DNA of 64,000 nt. Origin: Pristiophorus japonicus (Eukaryota). A program made the translations under genes and the position numbers. Position 1 is the first letter of the stretch; every line of letters begins with the position of its first letter. Shown one piece after another: positions 1-13,454 of the stretch. The stretch lies in assembly GCF_044704955.1 (NCBI RefSeq), contig NC_091982.1:166904001-166968000 (forward strand), given 5' to 3'. The notes beneath the pieces are model-generated. The model ran no database searches. It was not told where the DNA came from and was given only the letters and a program-made list of their open reading frames with translations.

Positions 1-184
1 ATGCGTGGGCCCCACCAGTGTGCTTATTGCGGGGCGTGGCGCAATGTACTTTTTGCTCTCCAAGCCCCGGGATAGTTCTGGGGTGAGGCTCTGGCCACTG
101 CGCTGGGGCGATAACCCTTTAGCGCCACTTAGCACCACCTGGAGGCAAAAACGGGCCTTTCTGAGAGGGGCAAGTTCAGACCCC
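1..184. mobile_element. Right end of a PIF/Harbinger-type MITE, cut by the window start
   Basis: CpG-rich body ending in ggggcaagttcagacccc, similar to the right TIRs at 3519 and 40031. Confidence 0.5.
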
Positions 185-695
185 AAGAATTCAAACATTT
201 TTTTTTCCTTTCCCCGTTCTGGGATCTTCAAGTATCTTGCACAAACTCAAACCAAGAATGGGCAAGAAACCATTCTAGCACCATTGCACAAACATTGCCA
301 AAATAATTTGCCTTCTGATTTCCTTCCCGCCCCTCCCTGTAGGGAATTGCTTAGCATCTGCTCAAAATTACCTCAAGTGGTACATTGAAGCTCAGAGTCA
401 CAATCCTGATTGCCATCATTACATGCCGAAGCATGGTGGAGTCTTCAACAAGTTGCACCACTAAGCTGTCCTCCAACTGAAGTTTCAATAGCAAGAAAAA
501 GGTTTTGCAGAGCTGTCAAAATAGATCCAACTCCATTTTAGCAAGATGGCTTTTGTAATGTTATTTTTCAGTAGACTACACCATGCAGCCAGCCAATGCC
601 TCAAACTCTTTATCTATTTGTATAAAAGTTTTGAGTGTCCATCACACTCAATGTTTTGAAACTATGAAAAAAGGGAGAAATGATCATTTCAATAT

Positions 696-2095
696 AGAAT
701 CTTAAAGCACAGAAGGAGGCCATTCGGCCCATTGTGCCTGTGTCGACTTTTTAAAAGAGCGATCCAGTTAGACCCACTCACCCACTAAGGTTCCCAACTC
801 TCCCACTTTGGGAAGGAGTTTACCTGAATGAATGATTGTCACAAACTAGAGAGGGAGAGAGAGAAAAATATAAACTGGGGAGAGAGAGAGAGAGAGAAAC
901 ATACACTGGGAGAGGGAGAGAGGGAGAGAAACACATACTGGGAGAGAGAGAGAAACACAAACTGTGGGGTGGGGGGAGAGAGAAACACAACCTGGGGGAG
1001 GGAGAGACAGTTCCTGTCGGCCTGTGATGTGCACTGTTGTATAAGGTGTTTTTCTTTCCGAGATTCAGGCAACTTTGGTGATGTTCCCTGAAGACTGAGC
1101 CTCAGCTCCCTGAAGCTGGGTTTCACTGCTGGGATGTGAGAGTCAGGGGATTGGATTAGGTTTGGTATTGGCTTTATTATTACTTTTATAACATGCTGTA
1201 TATTGTAAAAAGTCACAAATATACATGAAAACTTTAGTTAGAAGTTAATTTTATCGATGGTGTTTTTGTTGAATCAGTGATATTTACTAGGTGTTTCTCA
1301 TTCCGCCAATATTGCGGAAACATCACTGAAGTCGTTTTTATTTAAACATTATCCTTAAATTTTTCTATTCTTTTGTGCTCTTTCTTTGATCTATAAATTA
1401 GGTTATTCATCTCGCTATAAAGCATAAAGTCAAATATTAAATACAGAGCTGGTGATAGAGATACTTAACTACGTCTGTGGTGGGGAAGATATTGGAAACC
1501 TTTATCAGGTACAAAATAATCTTTCATTTGGAAAAAGCCTAAGTTAACCAAAGAGAGCCAGCATGAATTTGTTAAAGGTAAATCATGTCTGACTAACTTG
1601 ATTGAATTCTTTGAGGTAACAGAGAAGGTTGATCAAGGTAATGCAGTAGATGTTGTATATATGGACTTTCGGAAGGCATTCAACAAAGTGTCACCTAGGT
1701 GGCTTATTAAGAAGAAATTAAGAGGAAAGTGGTGTACAGATACAAAAGTGACAGGAAGGGTGGTGGTGGATGGATTTTTTCAGACAGGGAGGTGTTCCCC
1801 AGGGTTCGGTTTTGGGTCCAGTACTCTTTGCAGTTTTTATAAACAACCTTGACTCGGGCGCAGGGAACAGCATTATAAAGTTTGCAGGTGGTACAAAACT
1901 TGGCAAAGTAGCAGATCATGATGACGATAGTTATACGTTTCTTTTCCCATAGCTGTGCACATTTTTCATTTTCAAGTACATATCCAATTGCTTTTGCAAG
2001 TTACCACTGAAACTGCTTCCACCACTCTTTCAACTTGGTATGTAAAAAAAAATTCTCATCTGCCCACGGTTCTTTTGCCAATAACCTTAAATCTG
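696..2095. mobile_element. Composite of decayed CR1 LINE pieces: minus-strand 3' tail split into 696-783 and ~1938-2095, plus-strand RT fragment ~1490-1915
   Basis: ORFs LIEFFEVTEKVDQGNAVDVVYMDFRKAF and [17 protein letters not shown]...KFA. The two tail halves join to match the uninterrupted tail at 49861-50025. Confidence 0.7.
845..1010. repeat. GA-rich minisatellite, about 5 units of (ga)n-aaca(c)atactgggg
   Basis: Imperfect tandem units visible directly. Confidence 0.75.
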
Positions 2096-2638
2096 TGTTC
2101 TTTTAGTTTTTTTTTTGTGGTCTAGAACTGTAAATTTACTAGCAGCTGGCAATCTCCAACTTTCTCAGCTCCAAAAATAGTTAAATTGTCATTGACCTCA
2201 AGACGTACATAGACCTCTTCCCCGCAGGAGCAACGGTCTGAAAGGGTTAGGCCAGGATAGCAGCTTAAACATGTGCTGCTGAGCTAGGCTACTCATGAGC
2301 AACACCATTGGAGATCAGCTAGTCTTCCATAGATTTACAGAAGGAACTATTGAGCCTCTCAGTGTGAGGGAATAAAACTAATATACATGTGATCACTGAG
2401 GCACACTGATTTAATCACCGTGTATCTTCACTGATCTCCCCCACAGTCAGGATTTTTACCTTCTCCAAGCTACAAGCTCACATTAGGTCACATCGACACT
2501 CATGGTATGAACAAATATATCTTCTGTACACACACATAAAACAAACAGAGACAGATGCATTTCTCTGCAATGTATTGACTTTGAATGAGAAGTAACAGAG
2601 GCAACATTCACTTACTAAATTCTACTCTAATTACACTT

Positions 2639-4938
2639 TGGTGAAACGGCTGAGCACACTGGATACAGCAAAGGCTATGGGTCCCGACAACATCCCGGCT
2701 GTCGTGCTGAAGACTTGTGCTCCAGAACTAGCCGCGCCTCCGGCCAAGCTGTTCCAGTACAGCTACAACAGTGGCATCTATCCGACAATGTGGAAAACTA
2801 CACAGAAACGTCAGGGCAAAAATTGCCCCCCTGACTAGAAGTAGGCGCACTTACCGATATTTAAGATTTTCCGCCGATATGCGCCTCTTGGTCGTCTATT
2901 TCCGGTGAGGTCGGTGCTGAGGGGCGGAAGGGCCCTTCGGTCTGGTCGGCCACCCCAACGAGTCGTTAGCACCGCACTGCTGATGTCAGCGCATCGCTGA
3001 TGACATCCCGCCCCTTCAGTTAAAGAACAGGGCCGCTGCGACCTCTGCATGGGGTTTAGTTAGGCCCACTTGGCCAACAGGGAGGATTTTAGCCAGGCCA
3101 GCGGCTTGGCACCCAAGAGAGGGTGCCAGGCTGCCTGTTAGCGGCACGGCTGAACCCATGGCCACCAATTGAGGTCGGCCAGACAATTAAAATAAAATGA
3201 AGGTACCGGCAGTGCGCCCTCCCCTTTAAGGCCGATGCACTGCCCAGGCACACAAAGCTTCCTGCCGGGGAAAGCTGTCAGTGGCACTGACCGGCGACGC
3301 CGCTCCCATGGGGCAATTTCCCACTGGGGTCGGTAAGGGGGTCGCCGGCGATCGTGTGGGTTTGGCATGTGCCCGACAGGGCGGCAACAAAGGCGTTGCG
3401 GAAACCCATTCCCGCCGTTCCCGGCCCGGGTCGGCACATCCACCTGCTCCCGGTCGGTGAGGCCTATCCACTCCATAGAGCGGTAATAGAGCTTAAGGAG
3501 GGGGGGCAATTTCGGCCCCATCCTGTCCACAAAAAGCAGGAAAAATCCAATCCGGCTAATTACCGCCCCATCAGTCTACTCTCAATCATCAGCAAAGTGA
3601 TGGAAGGTATTGTCGACAGTGCTATCAAGCGGCACTTACTCACGAGTAAACTTGCTCACCGATGCTCAGTTTGGGTTCTGTCTGGACCACTCGGCTCCAG
3701 ATTTCATTACAAATTTGATCTAAACATGGACAAAAGAGCTGAATTCCAGAGGTGAGGTAAGAGTGACTTCCCTTGACATTAAGGCTGCATTTAACAGAGT
3801 GTGGCATCAAGGAGCCCTAGTAAAATTGAAGTCACTGGGAATCAGGGAGAAAACTCTCCACTGACTGAAGTCATACCTAACACAAAGGAAGATGGTTGTG
3901 GTTGTCAGAGGTCAATCATCACAGCCCCAGGACATCGCTGCAGGAGTTCTTCAGGACAGTGTCCTCGGCCCAACCATCTTCAGCTGCTTCATTAATGACC
4001 TTCTCTCCATCATAAGGTCAGAAGTAGGGATGTTCACTGATGATTGCACAGTGTTCAGTGCCATTCACAACTCCTCAGATAATGAAGCAGTCCATGCCCA
4101 TATGCAGCAAGACCTGGACAACATTCAAGCTTGGGCTGATAAGTGGTGAGTAACATTCGGCCACACAAATGCCAGGCAATGATTATTTCGAAGAGTCTAA
4201 CCACCGCCCCTTGACATTCAACAGCATAACTACTGCCGAATCCTCCACCATCAACATCCTGAGGGTCACAATTGACCAGAAACTTAACTGGACCAACCAC
4301 ATAAATAATGTGGCTACAAGACCAGGTCAGAGGCTGGGTATTCTGTGGTGACTGTCTCACCTCCTGACTCCCCAAAGCCTTTCCACCATCTACAAGACAC
4401 AAGTCAGGAGTGTGATGGAATACTCTCCACTTGTCTGGATGAGTGCAGCTCCAACAACACTCAAGAAGCTCAATGCCATCCAAAACAAAGCAGCTCATTT
4501 GACTGGCACCCCAACCACCAGCTTAAACATTCACTCCCTCCATCACTGGCGCACCGTGACTGCAGTGGGTACCATCTACAAAATGCACTGCAGCAACTTG
4601 CCAAAGCTTCTTCGGCAGCACCTCCCAAACCCGCGACCTCTACCACCTAGAAGGACAACGGCAGCAGGCGCATGGGAACACCACCACCTCCAACTTCCCC
4701 TCTAAGTCAGACACCATCCTGACTTGGAAATATATCAGCCATTCCTTCATCGTCAGTGGGTCAAAATCCTGAAAGTCCCTCCCTAACAGCACTGTGGGAG
4801 TACCTTCACCACACGGACTGCAGCGGTTCAAGAAGGCTCAAGAAGACACCACCACCTTCTCAAGGGCAATTAGGGATGGGCAATAAATGTTGGCTTTGCC
4901 AGCGACACCCACTTCTCAGGAACGAAGTAAAAAAAAAA
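2639..4938 (+). mobile_element. 5'-truncated CR1/Jockey-group LINE (RT pseudogene), interrupted by a MITE
   Basis: GPDNIP..VLKTCAPEL, NYRPISLLSIISKVME, Q.SVLGP.IF..FIND, FTDDC, QQDLDNIQAWADKW across frameshifts; A-rich tail at ~4929-4938. Confidence 0.9.
2813..3519. mobile_element. PIF/Harbinger-type non-autonomous MITE
   Basis: Imperfect TIRs agggcaaaaattgcccc / ggggcaatttcggcccc. It splits the LINE frame between MWK and PVHKKQ. Confidence 0.8.
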
Positions 4939-6739
4939 GGATTCCTGGTCAAATATCATATTTCATTACAAGCCTAGCACAGTCTTACCACTAAATAAAC
5001 AGCTAAGAATTTCAGTACAAAATGACCAGCCTCACTCTGTACCACCATTATAATCCGTCAGAGAGCCAAGACTACTTAATGTAAAATAAATCAATTTGGG
5101 GATTTTAGTCTTCAGGATATAACTGTCCAAAGAAAATGGGTTCTTATTGAAATAAAAATGTACATTGCTGACAGAGTTGAATTATATCTTCAAAGGAATT
5201 GTGCAGGTTTCCCTTCAGTTAAGCTTTCATCATTATGACAGTCCAAAGCTCAGTGTCTAATTGTGCTGTCATTTTCTAGATGGGCTAAGAGTCTGCTGTC
5301 AGAACCCAGACTGAGGAAACCTTGCAGTTCCGTGAGCTGTAATTTCTTATTAACTATCATGGGTATATTGTTAGTTTTGAGATTTTAAAAATATCTAAAT
5401 GCTAAGTTCTAGATTTTTTTAAATTATATGAAGCTGCATAGTTGTTAAAAGAGAAAGCACTAAAAAAAATGGAAGTTCTCCAACCCTCTTAAAACATTGC
5501 AGCCTTTCAAACAAATCCCATTTGGCTCTATATATTTTTTGTCCTTTATCTCACTTCAATCCATTCCTTCCTCTCTCTTCCCATCCTCCCCCAGGCCCTA
5601 AATCACAGCATGGCTGGCTTTCTGGCCTTATACAATTTCACAGACGTTGTTGATGCTGCTCATTTGCACTGTTTCTGGGATAGTTCTGTCATTTACTGCC
5701 ATTTCACTCTATCAGTTATGTTTAATTTTATTATCCCCGCCTCGCCTCCCTACTCCCATTCTGCAGCTACGGAGAGGTAACTACTGACAGGCGTCTACCA
5801 ATCACTAACTGGCAGGAAGTGTGCAAATAGCAGCTAAAGAATTGTTATCCTGCCACCCCCCTCCGCCCCTCACTTCACTGAGAGCTGTGTGGGCCTCACT
5901 ATCTTGCCCCTCCCCTTCCCCAGCCCTCCTCCCCACGAAACATCAGGGACATTACGTACGAGGAATATTCAGCGTCAAGTCAGGGCAAAGGTTTGCTTTG
6001 TTACACTGACAGATGTCCCACCTTCCGTGACAACCAAAGCCCTTTTAATGGAGGTGAATTGCAGCAGATTTCAGGATGCAGCAGGTTTCCTCGCTCAGTC
6101 AGTGAAGAAACAGAAAGGTTGTTACAATCTGAGTGGAACTTGATTAAATGCAGTATAAGTGCACGATTATTCTGGCTACGGTCATTACACGTCAGTTAGG
6201 AATCAGAACTGTTGGGACTCTATGCTATGGAATTGAAATCCTAACCAGACATTGTTTAAAGGGACATTTTTGAATGCAGCTACTGACTCTGCCCTCTCTG
6301 CACTACACTGGGAGGCAATTTTTCTGAAACTCCAACATTCCCTTGCATTAAGACATTTTGATGAATTCCCCTGCTTGCCGCAGGTTTTCAAATCTTTAGA
6401 TCATGGCCTTTTATTCTGTGCTCTACATTTCCCGGTGAGAGAAAAAATTGGTGCAGAAATCAGGCTATTAATTTAAAGCTTTATCACTGTAAATGGAGGC
6501 TTTTATTTCAGGCGTACATGTTAAAATAATTTGCTGTGTTGAAGGTCACATGATGGATCTCGAACGCATTGTACTAATGGACAGTAGGCCCAGGATTAAA
6601 GTTGCCATTCTTCTGGTTTTGGACCAGAGAGTTCTCCTTTTTCTCTTGAATTCTCTCCTCACTTCTACTTCGCTTAATAGCACTGACTCCTTGCTGAGGT
6701 ACACTTCTTCATGGACCAGTTACTCTCCTTTTCCTCATC

Positions 6740-7310
6740 CAAGTGACCATTATTCATGTGTGATCCTTGTGAGTATCAGCAGTCTATTCGACTCTGAGGG
6801 GGAGGCATCACAGTCAAGCCGGATCCTGTCCTCCTTTAATCGCCACATGTGTGTACTTCTAGCAGGGGTCACTGGATATCAAGGAAAGGAATCTTGGCTG
6901 ATAGAAATATAGAAACATAGAAAATAGGTGCAGGAGTAGGCCATTCGGCCCTTCGAGCCTGCACCACCATTCAATAAGATCATGGCTGATCATTGCCTCA
7001 GTACCCCTTTCCTGCTTTCTCTCCATACCCCTTGAACCCTTTAGCCGTAAGGGCCATATCTAACTCCCTCTTGAATATAGCCAACGAACTGGCATCAACA
7101 ACTCTCTGCGGTAGGGAATTCCACAGGTTAACAACTCTCTGAGTGAAGAAGTTTCTCCTCATCTCAGTCCTAAATGGCCTACCCCTTTAATCCAGGAATG
7201 ACGAGGCCTATTGTAGTGTCCCTATTGCCATTCTGGCTGACTTCAGATAACTAAACACAGATTGTGAATCCAATCTGGAATTTTCCTGGTCAATATGATT
7301 GAGCTACTCC
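6740..7310 (-). mobile_element. Unclassified SINE-like repeat; related pieces at ~18913-19185, 21200-21570 and ~53880-54010
   Basis: Recurrent motifs (ctagcaggggtcactgg, gaggcc(a/t)attgtag, cctggtc) shared between copies; interrupted by a CR1 tail. Confidence 0.45.
6901..7188 (-). mobile_element. CR1 LINE 3' tail fragment
   Basis: (agaaacat)n terminal repeat plus aaataggtgcaggagtaggccattcggccc, matching 35357 and 42041. Confidence 0.9.
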
Positions 7311-7547
7311 CTGTGTAAACTTGGTGAGGGATAAGGTCATCATTTTTGATGGAACTATCTGAAAATGTAAACCAGGTTACCAAAAATACATATTTTCAAA
7401 TAGAAGTCCATTTCCTATGTTTTATGATGTGAATACATTAGTTTCTGACATTAATAAGCTCTTCAATGAATTTTCATCAGATGTCATGCTGTGATTCTTC
7501 CCCCACCCCCAGTTTTTGACTTGGCTAAAGGTGAGAACCTACCCATT

Positions 7548-7740
7548 ATATCTTCATTGTCGCTGGGTCAAAATCCTGGCACTTCCTGCCCAACAGCATT
7601 GTGGGAGTACCTGCACCACATGGAATGCAGTGGTTCAAGAAAGCAGCTCACCACCATCTTCTCAAGGGCAACTAGGGTTGGACAATAAATGATGGCCTTG
7701 CCAGCGACACCAATATCCCAACAATGAATATTAAAAAATA
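7548..7740 (+). mobile_element. 3' tail of the LINE family at 2639-4938
   Basis: Aligns with 4745-4935 (gggtcaaaatcctg...caataaatg). Confidence 0.8.
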
Positions 7741-7890
7741 GCCTTAACCAAGCTGTCTCAAGGAAATGTTAGGTGGGAACTAAACCATTCTTCCCAAAGT
7801 GAAGAGCAGAGCAACAGAGGTCAGCCCAGGCTACCCCGTAACCACTCCTTAGGTGCAATTCAGAGGTATTGGTGAATGGTAAATGGTACT

Positions 7891-8066
7891 TGTGATATAT
7901 TCACAGAGCACAAGCACACACAGCTTCCAACATGGCAGGCAGCTCTCTCGGAAGCCTCCGGAAATCTGCCTGGTTCTGTTTAATCATTAACTGTGCAATT
8001 GCAGTACACAATATGTCCACATCCATAGCGTGGAGCTAAAAACATTACAAGCTTACAGACATTACA
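7891..8066 (-). mobile_element. Solo LTR of the Gypsy family at 19186-21199
   Basis: TG...CA termini; closely matches LTR 21030-21199; flanks GTACT (7886-7890) and GTACA (8067-8071). Confidence 0.9.
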
Positions 8067-11000
8067 GTACAAAACAGCTCTTTTTAAATTAAATTACAAG
8101 TGCAACTGTATTTAGTTACAAATAGAGTAACTGTTATTGGTTTGGCCTAACTTTACATGAACACAGGATGTCTTTAATACAAAGTACACAGTCAGCAGAT
8201 CTCCTTCGTCACCTCTCTTATTCATGTATCCACTGGAAAGTCAGACTCTTACATTCAGCTAAGCTTGGAAACATCAACTGATCAATTGTGCTTTCAAAAT
8301 GGAAGTGATTTTTTTTCCCTTAGTCCTCATTTACTCTCCCACTCATCAATTATTTTTCTCCCCATTCAGCAGTTCTTCTGAGCCGAATACCATTCCCTAA
8401 GAGGGAACAGGCACTCTGACCCCTGCCTACACCATTAGGAGGAACAGGAGGGCACTTATCCTCCAATGTTGCTTCCCTCCATTGTGCAAACTTCTTGATC
8501 GGTGCCTAGCACCTTCCCTATACCGCCTGTGTTCTAACACCCTAAGGGCCAGTGCCTTGGACAGCCATGTACTGAAACTCATTATTGTAGCAGTTAGCTC
8601 CTAACATTTAAAAATAAATGTATCAACCATTGGGCTAAGCGGCATTAACAGACATCAATTATACACAAAAGAACAGGAATATGTCAGGTGGACAGGCTGC
8701 TAAATGTAGGTCAACATCTGATTAGAGGCTTCTTTATTATCATTAGTGACTTTCTTGGCAGTGGGAGGGAGGGGGTTCTGGTCTTGTTGTCATGTTCAGT
8801 TTTAGCTGGATGAGCAGATTTTCTGGGATTACTCGTCACTTGTCATATCTTAGGAGTACCGTAACACCATTTTGTCTTCGCCTTGACAGGAACAAGAGAG
8901 TGTTCAAGTGTCTGCAGCTGAAAGGGTCACAGGGCAGTGGCACTGTGGGCTGCTAGGCACCTTAACAGGAGTCATTTCCATGCCTCCGCTGTAATTGATT
9001 GTGACAAGAGAGAGGCATGAAAATGCCGCAATGCAGGCCTTGGGGGGGCGGCGGTGGGCGAGGGGGGGGGGTGGGGGGAAGGGTGGGTTACTTTCAAGCG
9101 GGAAGATTGCAGCACTGTGAGGAGTAGGGAGGAGGGGCACTTGACAAACGAGACTGATGTTATCCATCAGTGACACTTTGGCACTCTACAATTTTTTAAA
9201 TATATGATTCTTCTGATTTAAATCCAGTTTAACACGCAGGTGGCCAAGTAAATAGGCAACCAACTAGAACTGCTAGGGTCAAGTGGTTGTGTACGAAGGC
9301 AGAAAACAGAAAGCACATTTAGCTGTTAGCTGTACAATCACCACAAAATGTTAATTCCATTGGAGAATGAAGCTTTCTCTTTAGCTTTGACAAGCAAACT
9401 GCAGGTCAGCTCAGAGGGTTAGATACTGATTTGTGTAAATTCACAGAGAAATAAAATCAGATATTTGCATGCAGAACATGCACTGCCTTTGTCGATGCTT
9501 TAACAGACAGATAGGTGACTATTATTACAATCTATAAAAATGATAAAGGAACATATAGGTGCTTCTGAAAAAAAATTGCCACGTGTGTTGTCTTTGGTTC
9601 CTTAAATCAGGGCCATTGATCATACCTTCGATGTTATCCGTCAAAGTGTCAAAAGTTTTAAAGTGAGTCACGTCTTGGTTCACTTTTCTGACGTTGGTAG
9701 CCTGACGGGGGTAAAATCCAACATAGCGGAAGGTGCAAAACTGGAGTAGCGGACTGGCCGCTCATTCATCGTTGTCAAGGTTCCATTGCATTAAACTTCT
9801 CCCTTCCCAAGATGCAAAGGGGTATTGTTACCAACAGCAAGGAATCAAGAGGAACGAAATATTCATTTTCACATTTACCCCCAAATATAATTAGTATATA
9901 AAACACCTAATTAAAGATAGATTAATTATTTGATACAATCTTATTATGCAAGGTTAGGCTTCTTTAGATAGGGACACAAAGGGTGACCGACACATGCAAT
10001 AGATATCTGGGTCAGGTAGAGGAGGCAACAACTCTCGCATTACTTAAACAGTCAGATTATATAATGGGGGAGGGGAATGCAGAGTCTTTTGAAACTAAGA
10101 TGTGCCGAATGGCCTTCCTCAACTATAGTTATCTTGTGTTCTTGGGATTATCTTTGAAAACTCAACTCACGGGGCTAGGCACTACAATCTGTTTTACTGC
10201 TAAGCCCATATATTCAGGCACTCCCTTTCTCTCTGTCTCTCTCTGCAGAGAGTGTGTCTTTGGCCTGGATTTTCCTGTTTCCCAACCGCACGGCAGCAGG
10301 TTGGGAGCCCATCACCTCCTCCCCCATCCTGCCTGAATAAAAGATGAATGTGGGCGGGTTGGAGGCAGATTGGGGTTGAGTTTTAGATTTTTAAAACTTT
10401 CACTTTCCACACCCCACCTCCAACCTGCATGTTTTATTCCTATGAAAATTCCCCCCTCAGTCTGTGTGTGTCTCTCTCTGGGTGTCCCGCTAACCTTTCT
10501 TTGATCCTTTGCCCATTGTGCAATGCAACAAATGTGCAGGATCTAATGTTTTGCCTTTGTTGCAAAAGTATTGATTAGAAGAGTCCAAAATTTATTTTAA
10601 ATGCCATCCCTACTCCTTGTCAGTCTGTCAAGCTTGGCTAATTCTGTTATTTACGGTGCAATTTGTTCAAATCTATGAAAAGAAATCAATGCACCCAACT
10701 GACATCAGAAAGCAAACTTTTTCCCAGTGCACTTGAATGCTGATAAATGAACGATTAATTTTCCACAACTCTTACACTAGAATCAGCGTGCTGCTTCAAT
10801 CAGGGTTTCTGTGCAATAAGAGCAAATGACATGGTGCACTGGGACCTGCTGCTTGGATGAAGAATGAATTGATCCAAGTACCAGTAATCTGAGAGTAAGG
10901 AATTATCTGCTGCAGAAGGAAACATATTTATTTTTACACAGTGATGGCACCAAGTACTTCCATGTTGTGGGGTGTCAGATGCATTGCAGAGTTCGCTAGC

Positions 11001-12032
11001 ACGTTGCCATGACAATAGGTCTGATAACACACCTGAGACAAGAATAGCCCCACCCCCACTGCACCTGCGCCCCAGTAACATTTTCAAATTCCTCATTATA
11101 CATTCTGTGCTGAGCAGGATTGCCTCAGAGTATAATAAATGCCAGATCTGAAGGGACGAACATCTCTTGTAAAAGCTATTCAGGGTCCCAAGTGAAACTA
11201 GTTTGTGTAGTCACAGCTGAGTTTCCACGAGGCATCTGTAGACTCACAATTCTAATCCAGCATAACGCACCTAACAATGGGTATCTGAGCCTGTCACTGA
11301 CCAATATACCAACAGTGCGTACCAATACAACAACCAAATTAATTTGCAACTGTGGGGATCATCGCATTTTTTTACTGATAAAACCATATATTGATCAATA
11401 ACGGTTTTCATAAGACAATCCTCTTTGAGATTTTGTTCAAGAAATTTGCAAATTTGTGGTCATTTGGTTCATTAATGACTAACTGATATTTTTAAGGGAT
11501 GGGAACTCTTGTTCGGCGACTTGGTCGCATCAGCACGACTGATGTCAGATTGTTTGGATGGAATGGCTGACTGATCGTTGCCAATTGTTTTTGTCATCAG
11601 CAACTTGGCAAAATTGTAATTTGATCATATTTGTTTCCATAAAGAGCTATTCAGAACAATCATGTTTTTACAGGAATATTCTCCCTTCCCAAAACCAAAC
11701 TCTTCAATTGTGAAAAGTGATTTCTTATTGTACTCATTCAAAGAAGGGCTATGAATGACGAGGAATAAATAACGTGTCCTCGTTTACCACTTGGCATGGG
11801 CTAAGCATAAATCTGATCCAACAAAATGGCCCAATCACAACCTTCCATCTGCTGTACTAGTGACATTTCTATTTTGTAAGTCAGCCATTTTTGGAACCTA
11901 ATTCAAGTGTAAATTTAGAACCAATGTGTGCCAAGTAATGGACAATTTAGTGTTGTGGATTAATGCCCATTGAGAACTGGGTTGAGATCATCAAACTCAT
12001 TTCACAGAGGAGCCCCAAATAATCACAATAAT

Positions 12033-12726
12033 GGCCCTGAAATAACGGGCCCCATGAGGGCGTATGCACAGCGCACACCCTCATAAGCCTTGTAAAAGGC
12101 CTCGCAAGTTCCGGGTTTCTGAAAGTGCAAAAGTCCGGAACTTGCAATCTTGTCCTCCTGTAACCCAAAAGCACAGAGTTAGGCTATTTGCTATCTGCCC
12201 AGCAAATGCCCAGAAACCCTTACACCTGGTAAAAACAGGCATATGGCATGCGTAGAGATGAATATAAATGCTAAATTAATTTTTTTTTTCAAAAACATAC
12301 AAATACTTAAAATTAGTTTATGTACATTTTGGCCCAGATTAAAATATACAAAAATATCTATCAAAAAATTATTTTTTTAGTTTAAATGCTTCATTAAAGG
12401 GACTTTAAATTAATTTTGAAAATGGGAACATTGATTTTTAATAGCATTGTGTAAATTCTTGAATTATTTGGGGATTCCATTGTTTGTCATTAGGGGCTTC
12501 CATTTGGAAATGACAGCTTTTATGATTGAAGACCCTGGTCCATGTGATCCCAGAGACACTTTTAAACTGCCTGCGTCCCTGGGATCTGTGGGCCTTTACA
12601 CAAGCGATCACCTGCAGGCCCAGAACCCGAACTCTCCGAAGCCCAGGAGCCAGCAGATAGGCTTGTATTTTCTTCCGGGTCAGAGGCGTACTCCGGAGGT
12701 ACGCCTTTGACCGAAAATTCTGCCCC
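12033..12726. mobile_element. PIF/Harbinger-like MITE
   Basis: Degenerate TIRs ggccctgaaataacgg / ccgaaaattctgcccc; AT dinucleotide on both flanks. Confidence 0.6.
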
Positions 12727-13454
12727 ATTATATATCTTTTCACCTCAGCCTTTTTTCATTAAAATACAAAATAAAAGGAAGGATTGGTAATATAGTTGGT
12801 TGGTGTTATTTTTATAATTATGCTCTTCACAATCATTGCGATTTAACTATTAAAAATTTAGAGGAAGGATTTTCGGTGTGGAACATTTAGAAATGGGTTA
12901 ATTATTTAAGTACATACAGCATGTAAAGAAAACCTTTCCTCCTAAAATAGCTTCTCTCAACAGTGAAACAAACACACACAACAAAGCAAATGGTCTTTCT
13001 TGCAAGACAATCTTGCCTAAACCCACAATTATTAATTTTGTCAGCCACTGCATAATATGTTGCAGACTAACATTTGACACCTCTCCTAATCTCCCAGCAA
13101 TTATAAGCAGTGATCTTTCACACCAGAGAGAAATGAATGGATGGATGGATGAATTGAGACAACTGGCTCATTCATTAATTGCAACACTGTAATTTGCAAT
13201 AATAATCATAAGCCCATGAATTGAGGCTGAATGTAAGGGTCTAAAGCTTTCCACTTTCAATGATTCTAGCACACAATGTATTTTTTTTTTAAAGATACTG
13301 CTGTGCCAAACAGATTACAAAACGTTTCCAAAACAAGAGCATTTCCCTATAGTAAAATACTTGACAATTCCTGAGTTGTGCACAGTACATAGAAAATCAA
13401 TTTAAGTCGTAACTAGCCTTTGTGAGACATTATGATCTTAAACAAAGTGATATT

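Noticed and set aside
828-1216. ERERE/SLSLS ORFs
   Set aside because: Translations of a GA microsatellite-rich repeat
9100-9180. Possible next Eph exon (VKCP / PHS fragments on the minus strand)
   Set aside because: The fragments are in different frames, the cysteine spacing is wrong and there are no convincing splice sites. I could not identify the neighbouring Eph exons in this window, although a short exon could have been missed.
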